NCBI RefSeq assembly: GCF_963921235.1
Contig: NC_086097.1
Location: forward strand, 112,594,001-112,658,000
DNA from: Mobula hypostoma
Taxonomy: Eukaryota
DNA: 64,000 bases
Direction: 5' to 3'
Numbering within the stretch: position 1 is the first letter of the stretch; every line of letters begins with the position of its first letter. Below the pieces are notes generated by a model that saw only the letters and a program-made list of their open reading frames with translations, was not told where the DNA came from and searched no databases. Positions 1-13,059 of this stretch are shown one piece after another. A program made the translations under genes and the position numbers.

Positions 1-1069
1 TGGGAATAAACGGGACCTTTTCAGAATGGCAGGCAGTGACTAGTGGGGTACCTCAAGGCTCAGTGCTGGGACCCCAGTTGTTTACAATATATATTAATAA
101 CTTGGATGAGGGAATTAAATGCAGCACCTCCAAGTTTGCGGATGACACGAAGCTGGGCGGCAGTGTTAGCTGTGAGGAGGATGCTAAGAGGATGCAGGGT
201 GACTTGGATAGGTTAGGTGAGTGGGCAAATTCATGGGAGATGCAATTTAATGTGGATAAATGTGAGGTTATCCACTTTGGTGGCAAAAACAGGAAAACAG
301 TTATCTGAATGGTGGCCAATTAGGAAAAGGGGAGGTGCAAGGAGACCTGGGTGTCATTATACACCAGTCACTGAAAGTGGGCATGCAGGTACAGCAGGCG
401 GTGAAAAAGGCAAATGGTATGCTGGCATTCATAGCAAGGGGATTCGAGTACAGGAGCAGGGAGGTACTACTGCAGTTGTACAAAGCCTTGGTGAGACCAC
501 ACCTGGAGTATTGTGTGCAGTTTTGGTCCCCTAATCTGAGGAAAGACATCTTTGCCATAGAGGGAGTACAAAGAAGGTTCACCAGATTGATTCCTGGGAT
601 GGCAGGACTTTCATATGATGAAAGACTGGATCGACTAGGCTTATACTCATTGGAATTTAGAAGTCTGAGGGGGGATCTTATTGAAACATATAAAATCCTA
701 AAGGCATTGGACAGGCTAGATGCAGGAAGATTGTTCCCGATGTTGGGAAAGTCCAGAACGAGGGGTCACAGTTTGAGGATAAAGGGGAAGCCTTTTAGGA
801 CCGAGATTAGGAAAAACTTCTTCACACAGAGAGTGGTGAATCTGTGGAATTCTCTGCCACAGGAAACAGTTGAGGCCAGTTCATTGGCTATATTTAAGAG
901 GGAGTTAGATATGGCCCTTGTGGCTAAAGGGATCAGGGGGTATGGGGGGGAAGGCTGGTACAGGGTTCTGAGTTGGATGATCAGCCATGATCATACTGAA
1001 TGGCGGTGCAAGCTCGAAGGGCCGAATGGCCTACTCCTGCACCTATTTTCTATGTTTCTATGTTTCTAT
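1..1069 (+). mobile_element. CR1-clade LINE, 3' part (RT C-terminus, 3' UTR, (CTATGTTT)n tail); fairly young
   Basis: SGVPQGSVLGP, KFADDTKL and RPHLEYCVQFWSP motifs; a frameshift near 300 splits ORFs 36..308 and 335..1087; tandem 8-mer tail at ~1047-1069. Confidence 0.93.
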
Positions 1070-3102
1070 TTAAATAATTATATGTAATATGTAAAAATAA
1101 GTGAATTGCATACATCATGATGCTACTACGTGATATGTGCGCATCTCACTTAAAGTAAAAAATTAATTTAGACTCACATTTCAGACTCCCATGTCGTTGT
1201 TTTAATTAGTTTAATGTTTTGGAGTTTAAAAGAACTTAACAGTGGTGACATGGTATTTTAAAAATGAACTAGAGAAGACTACCAACCTGCTGAAGCTCAA
1301 TAAGACATTTGGGTTTGAAAAAATGCACAGTGAGACATTCAAGTTAAAATAAAGTTGCAGCAAGAAACGGTCAAGTTAGAAAATAAGCCAGACAACAGAA
1401 GAATTCACTGGCTCATAAACATTGAGTACTGAGTGATGATAATCAAAAAGCAGAAATGGCTGGCAACATTGGAAAGATAGACATAATCCATTGTACAGTG
1501 GATAACTGGCTCATGTATATAGAGTGGATCGAGCAGTATTTTAGAGCAAATGAAATAGCCGATGAGAAGCGATTGCCAATTTTGCTGAGTGCATTGGCTG
1601 AAAAAGCATACTGTTTGCTTAGAAGTTTGACTTTTCCAACCAAACCTGCCGAAATGAGCTTTGTTAATATGATGAAAGTAATGCAGGAACATTTACAACG
1701 GAAACCACTGTTGATTGCAGAATGCCTGAAGTTTCATAAGTGGAATCAAAAGGAAGGGGAGTCCATTTCAGTTTACATGATTAAATTGAAGAGATTGTTT
1801 AGGCATTGTTAATTCAGTATTGGCTATGCATCGAAAAATTATTTAGTTTGTGGAATCTTACAAGAAAGCATTCAAAAAACAGCTCCTTAGTGAATCACAA
1901 CCTGCATTTAAAAAAGCAGTTGAAATAGCTATATGAATGGAAACAGCAGACAGAGATGTAACTGAGTTGTAGTCGGGAGTGAAAGTAAGCATGAACAAAA
2001 CTGCAGTGTTTAGACAGTGGCTTGTCTGACCGAACAAATTGTGTTACCATTGTGGCAGCGCTCACTTACACCAGACCAATGCAGATTTAAAGGTGAAACT
2101 TGCAGAAAATGCAAGCAAGTGGAACACATACAAAGGACATGTTGAGCAGACACAAAGAAGTAGACTGCACAGAGTAGATAAAAAGATAAAAAATCAAGTT
2201 GCAATTTCAAAAAGAGCATTAATCTGCATGCTGTTGATGAAAAAGACTGATAATTATGAGAGTGACACAGGATTGGGTAGCCTTGAGATTTGTAGATATG
2301 AAAACCAACAATAGTCAAGCAATATGACTTACACCAGAGATTGGCAAATTAATTAAAATGGAATAGGACGTTGGTTTAGCTGTTTCAGTCATTCCACAAA
2401 TTGAGTTTCAACAGCATTTCAAAAATACTAAACTGAAGCCTGCAGATATCCAACTAAGAACTTTATCGGAGTAAAGATAATTCCTGTGAGAATGACATTT
2501 GTAACAGTGATATACAACAATCAACCAGCTGCAATGGGCCTGTATGTGTTATAAACAAGAGGACCAGCATTGTAGGAATGTGTCTGGCTGAGACAACTAC
2601 AAGTTGATTGGAGATCCATCCACCATTTTCATGCCACATCCCCTGTTATATCATTCACTGACAGTGAAGTACGAAAGTTACTGGATGATGCCACAGCAGT
2701 GTTCAAAGCTGGCATTGGAAAACTCAAACATATCAAGGGTAAAATAATGTTAACTGAAAATGCCACTCCCAAGTTTTGCAAAGCCCATCCAGTTCCTTAT
2801 TCCATCCGTGATAAATTAGCCAGTGAGCTAGATCACATGAAGGTTGAAGGAATTCATTCCAAAAATGAGTGGAGATCATGGGCAATGCCAGTAGCCAAGA
2901 AGAATTGATCTGTCGGGATCTACGGTGACCTTAACGTCACCATCAACCCAGTGCTGAAAGTAGATAAATACCCTCTGCCCAGGATGGAGGATATCTTTGC
3001 AAACCTTTCTGGGGGGAAAGACTTCAAGAAAGTTCACTTAGCTGGGGTTTACCTACAGATGGAGATCGAAGAAGAGTCCACAGTGTTTCTCACCATAAGC
3101 AC
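1070..3102 (+). mobile_element. Decayed Ty3/Gypsy LTR retrotransposon: 3' part of 5' LTR (to 1241), PBS, gag, protease, 5' RT; truncated at ~3102
   Basis: LTR end AACA then GTGGTGAC; gag MAGNIGKID..YIEWIEQYFRAN; two CCHC-like knuckles ~2042-2142; protease-like segment ~2360-2400; RT-like PKFCKAHPVPYSIRDK and DKYPLPRMEDIFANLSGG; many stops. Confidence 0.88.
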
Positions 3103-3189
3103 TGTAGGTCATTAATGTAGGTCATTAATAAACATGACAAAGGACAGGGGCAGTCAGGGCTGGAGTACTGAAAGGTAAGTCCTGGGCCA

Positions 3190-4020
3190 GGAGTATGTTT
3201 TTCTAGTGTAAATTAGCAAATGTAGAGGATGAGTCGTTCAACATAGGGTAAACAGAGGCAAGGTTGGAGAAAGGCCAGATTACAAAGTTTGAAGTATGCA
3301 GTCGACTTGATGGTATGGATGACTGTACTTGTACTTGGGATCAAAGATGACATCAAAATTGTGAACTATTTGGTCCAGTTTCAAGAATGAAATTTGGAGT
3401 CAGTGACTATGAAACAATGAAGACAAAGTTTACCAGAATATCAATTGGAGTAGAATTCTAACAGATTAGAAAGTGGAGGAGACATGAGAAGTGATGGAAA
3501 AGAGCATCTGAGTATGATCAAACCTGCTGAAGGATAATACCGTTGATAGCAGTGTTTTATGAGCAACAGGACAGGGCCAAGGAAAAGCCCTTGAGGTCTC
3601 AAGAGATAATGGTGCAGAACCGTAAGTGAAACTGTTGCTTTTGATTTATAGGCTACAACCAGATGAGAAGAGAACCAGACAAGCACTTAATGCTGATCAT
3701 GTAGACAGTGCAGATCAGGATGCCCAGAGGTTATTAATAAACATGACAAAGGACGGGGGCAGTCAGGGCTGGAGTACTAAAAGATAAGTCCTGGGCGGGA
3801 GACATTACTTATGAAAATGGCTGCAGGCAGTTTAGGAAAGACAAGAAGAGGTAGATTGTTTTTGAAATGCACAGGATGCCCATAGCATCAATGCTTAAAT
3901 CTGTCCTTGTACCATGGTACTAGTGGAATTCTAGTGGAGTGATTCAAACAAATTTTTGATATAATGGCCAATGGTTTGGGAGGTTACGTAGTTAAGATTT
4001 TGACAAGGGAAGAGTGGTTA
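3190..4020 (-). mobile_element. Highly decayed LINE fragment, possibly L2
   Basis: Reverse strand resembles the L2 VRNLGVIFD region at ~3335-3375; otherwise weak. Confidence 0.35.
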
Positions 4021-4524
4021 GGGATGAAGCAGACAGTGCACAAGAGCAAGGAACTCTAGTGTTGGTTTGTCTTTTAAGTTTATTTTATCGTTCTTCCTTC
4101 AAATCCAGACTAGTGAATATAAATATAAACTTAAGAAAATGCTTCTTGAATAAGCTGGTGCATTATTTCTCTCATGGTAAATGTTTTATAAAATATGAAC
4201 TTTAAAATTAAAACCAACAACATTTAGAGAAATGAAACCATTGACACAATGGGCAGTGTAGTCATTTAAATAATCCCACATGTCAGTAATTATCAAGGCA
4301 TAGAAAGTATAATTAATTATGAAGCCCAACATTTGTAATCATTCCCATAACCACAGGAAAATAGTGCGAGCAGACTATCACCACAGAAACAAGTTTTAAA
4401 TAACATTAACAAAAATCAAGTGCAGCATAAATTTAATAAAACAGGTAAAATTTTCAGAAAGGGAAAAAATGAGGCAAGTATCTTATAGGAACAATTTTGC
4501 AATGTAAAGGCAATTAGAACGTAC

Positions 4525-4655
4525 CTTCGGTCAGGAAGAAAGTAAATTTTGACATAAGGATTCCTTGGCCTCCCTTCTTCCCTAAAAGGAAGATCTTTTG
4601 CTCCAAGTACTGTAACAATAAGTTGGTGGCCAACTTTGTCATACCAGAGTTTAAT
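4525..4655 (-). CDS. RIMS2: RIMS2 exon (131 nt): IKLWYDKVGHQLIVTVLGAKDLPFREEGRPRNPYVKIYFLPDR(S), start of C2A
   Basis: ccaacag|ATTAAA...CCGAAG|gtacgt; phase 0/2; lies within ORF 4416..4670. Confidence 0.96.
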
Positions 4656-6304
4656 CTGTTGGAAGATCATGTCACCAGATAATCACTGCTGTTGTTAATA
4701 TTTATATGAGAGCTTTGTGTTTACATAGTACTTACAAGCCAGACTCTAAAGTCATTTGTAATGTGAATTGGTTAAGCTTCACCATAGTTTGCATGCACAA
4801 TTTACACTAACTTTAGGATCATAAACATTAAAGTGCAAGGGAAGAGTAAAAAAGGGTATATTAACATGTTTAGTGAGGATTACTTTCAAGTAATGTTCTT
4901 GAATAGTGATTTCCTTTGAAATGAAGGCCCCACTTGTTCACAACTGGTAAAGTATGTGCTCCTCAAAGAACAACCAATGGGGCAGTCCCAGCGATTTTGG
5001 GGGACTGCTAAATTATCTCAATTTTGTTAAACACTCACAGAACTCTGTAATCTTTGGCAGCTCCCCACCCAACCTTCCCCTCCCCCAACCCATCCCAGCC
5101 CCTAGAGTCACAAATCCTCCATTAGGAAATACTTTTGCAAGAGGCAATAGTAGTGTTAAATGATTTTAAAATCATTAATGAAGTGTCTGGTACATCTACA
5201 CTGAAACCTGGGATTGTGCAAATGAATATCTTTTTTTTTCCTGTGGTAGCATGTGGAGGATACATGGTCTTATAGCATTTTAGGAGGAAACCAAGTCTAA
5301 AAGGATAACAATAAACACAGTCAGTGTATCACACTTAATACAGCATAATTCCTTTTAATCATTGACATTTATTAAGTTAAAGACAACACTCATAAAAAGA
5401 ACATACACCTTTGTATTGTCATAAAAAACTGAAACAAGCTAGAGACTAATCTGTAGTTTACTGCATATTTAATACATTTGATAAACTCAATAAATTATCT
5501 AATTCAAGCCTAATATTAAGAATATTTTCCAGACACTATTTCTCCATCCTTTCACTGTATAAACCCTTTTATTTGTTTATGCTTTCTTTTTCTTTTCTAG
5601 GTTTTCTCTCACATACCTTTCCTACTGTTCTTTTTACTAATTTATAAACTTACTCTCTCTTTATCTCATGTGCCTTATACGGTTTGTCTATATTTTCTCT
5701 CCCTCTCTCTCCTCGCTCCTTCTCTCTCCCCACTCCTTTAATCATTAGTACTTTCTCATTTCCAGTTCAAACCTGATTTCTTCCTGTTTTCACTCCATTC
5801 TGTACACGTTGCCCATCTTGCTCCTTTACTTACTTTCATCGTCCCTTTAGAGTTCTATTCAAATCATACATGCTCTTGAACACTTGCTCATATTGTTCTT
5901 TTGACTCACTCTGCCAACTTTTATCTTTCACTCATTCATGATATTCCACACACTCTCTTTCAAACCTCTTCAGTCAGTGAGGTTCTTCACTTTAGGGCAG
6001 TAGTGGAATTAATAACCCTACCATTCCAAAATTTGCTAACAATGTAGGTCATATCATTTTCAAAGGGAAGTGTTTCTGTGTAACTTAAGTACCTGCCAGG
6101 TTCAACATGCAATCAGATTCCTCTTGGAAATAGGACATGGTCATATAGGTTAAGTCCTTTCCATGGATATTAGAGAACAGGCAAACTTACTATTATTGCT
6201 GTGCTGTTAGAAGGTCTAAATGTGCTTTAGAAGAAATTGTCTGAACTGCTACCACTCGTTATCTGTCCATGCACCCTCTCTATGATTGGGAATGCTTACA
6301 TTAG

Positions 6305-7055
6305 AACATAACCATGTTACACCACTCAGCAAGGTCATGCCTGATATAATCTTTCCCTCAATATTATGTTACAACGCTCTCTAGATATTTTGACTTCCAT
6401 TAGTTTAAATATCTGTTGATCTATGCCTTGAACATACTCAGTGACTCCATCTAATAGGTCTCTGGGGTTGAGATTTTCACATAACAGAGAAAAAAAATCC
6501 TCCCACTTTTGTCATAAATGAGTGACTCCTCATTCTGACACTATGCTCACTAGGGAGAACATCCTTTCAGAATCCATGCTGTCATTCCCACTCAGAATTA
6601 TGCACATTTCACTAAGATCACCTCTCATTCTAATGCGTATGGAGTTTTACTTCATATTCCAAACCCTGCAATTTAGGAATCAGAGTAGAGAGTGTTTTTT
6701 GCACCATCTTTAATTCAAGCATATGCTTTCTTAAATGTGACCAAAGGTGTTTGGTGTGATCTAGGTGTAGTCTCATCAACACCTTCTAAAGCTGCATCAC
6801 TACTTTTCTACTTTAAATTACATACGCAATGTAATAAAGGCATACCCACCGCAACAACTAGCCATTAAACTCACATGCTTGCATAGTACATTTTCACAAG
6901 CCATAAATAATGTCTTAAGCTCTCCCTTCCCAATATTATCTGTTTTTGTTGGGATATTTTTCATGTCTTCTACCATGAAGACTGACCCAAATGATTATTT
7001 AGAACCTTTGTCTTTTCTCCATTACCCATGATTAATTCCCCTTCTTCATCCTCTA
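6305..7055 (-). mobile_element. Old CR1 LINE fragments
   Basis: AGAACATA tail and degenerate similarity to the other CR1 3' ends in the window. Confidence 0.55.
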
Positions 7056-7471
7056 ATATTCAGTTCCTGGACAGAATGATCAGATATTAACATAGAACAT
7101 AAAACTTTACAGCACAGTACAGGCCCTTTGTCCCACAGTGTTGTACTGACCTTTTAACCTACTCCAAGATCAATCTAAACCTTTCCTCCTACATAGCCCT
7201 CCATTTTCTATCATCCATGTGCCTATCTAAGAGTTTCTTAAATGTCCCTAATTTATCTGCCTCTACCGCCACCACTGCCAGAACATTCCATGCATCTACT
7301 ACTCTCTGTGTAAGAAACTTACCTCTGACATCCCCATCTATTTTCCTCCGGTCACCTTAAAATTATGCTCCCTTGTATTAGCCATTTCCTCCCTTGGAAA
7401 AAGTGTCTGGCTATCTATATCTTTTATCATCTTGTACCCCTCTGACAAGTCACTTCACATTCTCCACTCTG

Positions 7472-7890
7472 AAGTGAAAGGCCCTAGTTCACTCAATCTA
7501 TCTTCATAAGACATACTCCCTGGTCCTGGCAGTATCCTGGTGAATTTCCTCTGCACCCTCTCTAAAGCTTCCACATCCTTCCTATAACTGGAACTGAACA
7601 CATTATTCCAAGTGAAAGGCCCTAGTTCACTCAATCTATCTTCATAAGACATACTCCCTGGTCCTGGCAGTATCCTGGTGAATTTCCTCTGCACCCTCTC
7701 TAAAGCTTCCACATCCTTCCTATAACTGGAACTAAACACATTATTCCAAGTGAAAGGCCCTAGTTCACTCAATCTATCTTCATAAGACATACTCCCTGGT
7801 CCTGGCAGTATCCTGGTGAATTTCCTCTGCACCCTCTCTAAAGCTTCCACATCCTTCCTATAACTGGAACTGAACACATTATTCCAAGTG
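7472..7890. repeat. Tandem repeat, 3 x 138 bp
   Basis: Units start at 7472, 7610 and 7748; one visible substitution (ACTAAAC vs ACTGAAC); AAGTG at every junction. Confidence 0.97.
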
Positions 7891-7928
7891 TGGTCTAATT
7901 AGGGTTTAATAAGAGCTGTGATGTTACC

Positions 7929-8055
7929 CTGTTGAAGAGTCTTGGCCCGAAACATCGACTATACTCTTCCGTAGATGCTGCCTGGCCTGTTGAGTTCTTC
8001 CAGTATTTTGTGCGTGTTGCTTGGATTTCCAGCATCTGCAGATTTTCTCTTGTTT
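7929..8055 (+). mobile_element. Penelope-type short insert with degenerate hammerhead core, nested in CR1
   Basis: CTGTTGA-agagtcttggccc-GAAACATC; same family arm as 38704; flanks TGTGATGTTACC / TGTAATATTACC resemble a decayed TSD. Confidence 0.7.
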
Positions 8056-9263
8056 GTAATATTACCTTATGGCTCTTGAACTCAATCCCCTAACTAATAA
8101 AGGCTAACACACCATACGCCTTCTTCACAACCATATCATCTTGTGTGGCAACTCTGAGAGAGCTACAGTCATGGATGAGAATAGATCTTGTGTAATTTGT
8201 GTGCACACAAGCCTTTCTTTATCCATTGACAGGGATGCATCTCAGATGTACTGGGGATAAAGTATCAAATGCTAGGTGTCTTGAAGGATACCTGCAGCAT
8301 GGGGAATGTAAATAATTTTAAAATAACCTTATAGTTAGGGTCTCCAGAGCCTCAGAACTAATTAGATGAATCCTCTTTTACATCTTGTTGAAGCAGGTCT
8401 CATTGCAAAACTGGCTTCTGCATATGTGGTGGTATGCGTGCTGTAAATCATTTGGGTGCCGTTTTGCAGGTCCAGCTGCCTCTTTGCATTTTCATTCACT
8501 TTCATTCTTCCCATTCCATTCTATCTCACTCCTTCATTAGAAATAGTTTCACTCATTTCTCTCCTTCTTTCGGTTTCATTCATCCACACTGCAGAGTCAG
8601 GATAATTTCATTCATCACTCCTATTCTTTGAATGTCTCTGTCGATCGATCACTCGGCTCTGTCTATTCTCTCTTTATGGCTATGTAGTTCTAGCGTGCAA
8701 GAAAATTTGTTTGAAAAATGATGCAAACTACAGATCTAGCTGATAATAAAATAAATGCACAGAACCTCAAACATGCAGCAAAGTAAAGAGACATTCTGTT
8801 CAATTGCAAATGAAGATTTAATAAAATAAGTTTATCATCTAATGGTCTATGGGAGGTAGAAATGATATCTAAATTTAAGCTCTAATATGCTAGCAAACAA
8901 ATTGTACCTAAGTACAAACCCTAATTCAGCTATCTTTCAGCTAATAACTACTTCACAATCAACTGAATAAAATTATCCAGAAACTTAATCCTTTAAGATC
9001 TATAGAAGAGATTGTATCTCTATGCATGGGGAAATAGATTTACTCTGGCTTTTTTCAGAGATCAACTCCACTTTTTCTGAAAAATATATAATCTCTCTTT
9101 GCTGCTGAAAATACCTTCATTGAGTCATTTGGGACAGTTTCTTTTCAATAAATATATATTCAAGTTATAAAAATCATTGCATCACAAAGCTTCCAATGTT
9201 GACAGCTAGTTCTCTGCAGAGTGGCTAAAAAAAAAGCAAAACAAAAATTATTGTATTTGCAAT

Positions 9264-9478
9264 GAAAAGGTGAAGTTCTTCCCCGTACCTTGTTTGACAC
9301 ATCAGATGGCAAGGCAACCTTGCCATTTCTTTAGTGTTTGTCTGTCGTATAGGCCCGAGTTGCTAGCTCACACTCAACCAAGCACAGATGGAAAGCATGC
9401 AAGGAGCCGGCTGGATTTGAACGTGGGACCCCTTGTTCGGAAGTTCAAGGGCAAATACCACTATACCACTGGCACAGA
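9264..9478 (-). mobile_element. tRNA-derived SINE with 12-bp TSD
   Basis: Minus-strand A box TGGTATAGTGG and B box GTTCAAATCC; TGTATTTGCAAT at 9252-9263 and 9479-9490. Confidence 0.85.
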
Positions 9479-10692
9479 TGTATTTGCAATAAGCTAGCAA
9501 AAGTGAGATGAGACCAGGTCATCATCATCTATTTTCTATGTTTCTATGTTTCTATCTTGTGTATAAAGGAAAAATGTCTTCAAAAATCTCAGTTTGAAAT
9601 CCAAATGGCAGGTATCATTTTATTCCACAGATTTATTTTCTAAAGCAATAAATGTTCCAGATTAACTATTCTTTCATTCTGAATATGAAAAAGATTGACC
9701 AAGAAGGTTTTTAAAATGCATTTAAAGTGCAACATGATGCTTTAGTGTGATCACTCAAGCTCTGAATTCAAAATGAGGTTTTTTTTTGGACTGAACTTGC
9801 AACAGGTGGTAAAAGATTGCTGAACTTGGCAAAATAGTGCACAAGGTTCCATCAGAAATGGTCGGGAAAATGTAGATAACTGGTAGGCATAAAGGAGAGT
9901 AGTGGCAGGCAGCAGGAATTCACTAGACAGAGCTGATGGGCCACTTCTAGCACTCAGGAAACCACAGGGTTCTCTTTTCTAACCTGGATGACCCTATAGG
10001 AAAACTATAAAGTACGATTAGGTCACTGATTAAATCAGCAGTTATGTTTTTGGGCACAATCTATATGCTAAAGCAATACCTATCAGCTTTGAGCATGTTT
10101 CCTTGTTCAAAAGGTCAGATGAAATTATAGACATTGGAATTGGTGGTGGTGGCTGATTTGCCTGATCAATTTAAGCAGGCTAATATTATTCTTAGGGAAT
10201 TATATCCATTTGCCTGATTATCTCTTAACAATGTTTATTATTTAAACTCCAATACATAAAACGTATATTGATGTAATTGGAAGAGAGTTTGATAACAAGC
10301 ATGTGAACCATTTTCTGTAGGCTATTTAGAATGAAAAGTCCACTTGGCCTACAAAAAATCCTTCTCATTAGAGTACCATAAATGTAATTGGATATTTAAT
10401 ACAACATAACAGAATCTGGATAACAGCCAGCAAATAACTCATCTTGAGTTCGGGGCTATCCGTTCTTTTGGGCAACAGGCTTGATGGAGAAGATATTGGT
10501 CAGAACAATAGTTGCAGCAGGACTTAAAGGAAGGTATTCAATCTGAGGAACTGGAACAACATAAAGCCCAAACCATGGACATCCCTTTCAAAGCACACAC
10601 CCTACCAACCAAAAGGGAGGAGGTAGAAATTGAACACCCTAGGGGGACTTTACACTGCATCAAACCTTTGAAACTTAAGCAAAAGTAAGCAT

Positions 10693-10975
10693 TTTATTTA
10701 CTGGATACATCACAGGACGTGCCCTTCTGACCCAATGAGCCGTACCACCCAGCAATCCCTCGATCTAACCCTAGCCTAATCACAGGACAATTTATAGTGA
10801 CCAATTGACCTACTAACCAGCATGTTTTTGACTGTGGGAGGAAACTGGAGCACCTGGAGTAAACCCATGCACTCACTGAAAAGATGTAAAAACTTCTCAC
10901 AGATGGCGCCAGAACTGAACTCTGATGCACCGAGCTGTAATGGCATTACACTAACTGCTGCACTACCATGGTGCC
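10693..10975 (-). mobile_element. tRNA-derived V-SINE-like element
   Basis: Core GCATGGGTTTACTCCAGGTGCTCCAGTTTCCTCCCACAGTCAAAAACATG, shared with many copies in the window. Confidence 0.8.
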
Positions 10976-11376
10976 CTGACAGAGGGAAAATAAATAAACA
11001 ACTACTTAACTTTCAGACTCATAGATCCTGTAGAAGAGAGACAATAATAAACTCGCTACAGCAATTCTTGATGAGTTTCTTGTTGATCAAATCAATTTTT
11101 GAAATAAGCTGTTTGTATAGGTATAATTTGTTTGCCAATGGTCCATTGAAGGATCTAATGCAAATTGGAAAATGCAGCTCACTGTTTATTAAAACAGTGT
11201 AATGGCGATATGAATGGATCTTGTTCATGAAAACATGCAGAGCTTTAGTTAGAGCACGTATTCTAGAAACTAAAGTACAATAAAGAGGAAACTAAGATAA
11301 AAATAAATCTGTTGCTATTGATTTACTTTTCTGCATTTTCCAAATGATAATATTTTCAGATATACAGTGCCTTTAC

Positions 11377-11424
11377 CTGAACCCTAGGAACAAAAGGTGC
11401 TGTTCTTCTACTAAGGCTTTGGCT
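11377..11424 (-). CDS. RIMS2: RIMS2 cassette exon (48 nt): SQSLSRRTAPFVPRVQ
   Basis: ttttgcttaccag|AGCCAA...GTTCAG|gtaaag; symmetric phase 0/0; matches the RIM2 optional insert before C2A as I recall it; absent from the ORF track. Confidence 0.9.
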
Positions 11425-13059
11425 CTGGTAAGCAAAATTAAACAACAAAGAAAATAAATAAAATCAAACTAAAAGGATACATCCACACTCAGACACTTAA
11501 AGAACGCTTTAAAATGAAAATCAGATACAATCACAGCAGAAATGATTAACCATATTACCCACAATGCACTTCCTTGTTAAACAGTATAGAGCATTGACAT
11601 AATAATTGTACACATACAAACCATTTTAAGCTGTTATATCCTGAACAAATTTCTTTTAGGGAACCCATAAGCAAACTCTTTCAGAGACTCCATCTCGATT
11701 GCATAATACCTAATGACTGAGATCCCGATTTCAGAACTGATTCTGGAGGCCTGAAGCTGCACAGCTCGTCCGATATTACACGGCACAGTGCTTGATTCAA
11801 TAGACTAAACGCTGAATTTGTTGTTAGTGAGATTTTTAAATTAACTATTTCAAACTGAATTTAGATTTTTGGCAGACTTGCAATGACTTCTCACTTGATT
11901 GATTCTGTCAAAGCAAAAGTACAGCAAAATCAGTAAGAAAGGTCCTTTAACTCAGTTATGAAAGAAGTTAAGGTAATGACTCAGAGGATGCCCTGAGGTT
12001 AGAATGGTAAAACTGCAAGGAGCAAATAGCAGCTATGCACGTGTGAAAGAAGACTAGAGCTAGAAGCAGGGCACCACCTTGGGTTCAGAGACTGTGTGCG
12101 TTCAGCAAACAATCCAAGGAGAGTAAGTTACAAAGAAGTGTGAACTTGTAAATCCATAAATACATATTAACCTATTTGGGAATATTTTTGCAAAATAACT
12201 AAATGTTAGATATTCAGAAATTATTTCACATAATTTACTATGCTGGTATCATACAAAAAATCAGCTGTATGTACCAAAAACTCAAATTCTTAAATGTTTT
12301 CTCTTACTTATTCACTTCTTCATAAACTCATGCACTTATTTCAAGATTTGCAGTCTGTACAATTAAAAAAATGGGAGCTTTAGCAATATAGACTCTGATT
12401 ATGGATACTTTTATTATATGTTACATTTCTTAGAAATGGGGGAACAATAAAAGCTTGAAAAAGTTAAAGTGAAGGCCTTAAATTATATTGCCAGCTGAGA
12501 GAAACTTGAACTTGGGAGTCAGGTCCCCTTTAGTAAATTATTTTGATTATTTTAATGTTACCTCTGGTGTGGTATCATTTGAACATTAGCACTTACTCAC
12601 AAAGTGAAGATCCAGAAATTCTTCTGCACCATAAATACTGTGCTAAACCACCAATTAAACTTGATCGTGCACCAAGTGCGAGGTACAATTCCTATGTACA
12701 CAAACGTCTTTCCTTTGTTAGCTCCACCACTGAAGAACACGTGAAGGAACTCAGATAGACTGCTTGCAAGACCATTGTAGGGATGGACAGGGAACGTAGG
12801 GTCAGTAGATAGGTAGGGCAAGGAATTAGGACAATGAGTCATTTTGGAGCATCAATTGCAAGGAAATAGAAGAGATGCTATTGACCTCAGGGTTACGCAG
12901 AGAGAAGGTGGCTCCGGGTTCTGGGCGATGTTATGTCAAAGTATATTGCTTGGGCCTTGCAATATGGGTTAAATATTTAAATTGAAGGGGACTTCTGTGT
13001 GGGTGGTTCAAAGCATCATACTTCATGGACTTGTACCTAGTCTGAGACCTTGAGAAGGT

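Larger units (their letters stand above)
7091..8170 (-). mobile_element. CR1 LINE 3' fragment carrying an internal 138-bp triplication and a nested Penelope-type insert
   Basis: CATAGAACATA tail; YRKDVEALERVQRKFTRILPG. Confidence 0.9.

Noticed and set aside
335..1087. 250-aa ORF as a host gene
   Set aside because: It is the CR1 ORF2 C-terminus running into the UTR and tail, frameshifted from its upstream part
5560..5970. Pyrimidine-rich tract as a functional element
   Set aside because: Low-complexity sequence without periodicity; purine-rich on the transcribed strand and far from exons
7455..7877. Protein with three 46-aa repeats
   Set aside because: Produced by the 138-bp triplication of dead CR1 sequence
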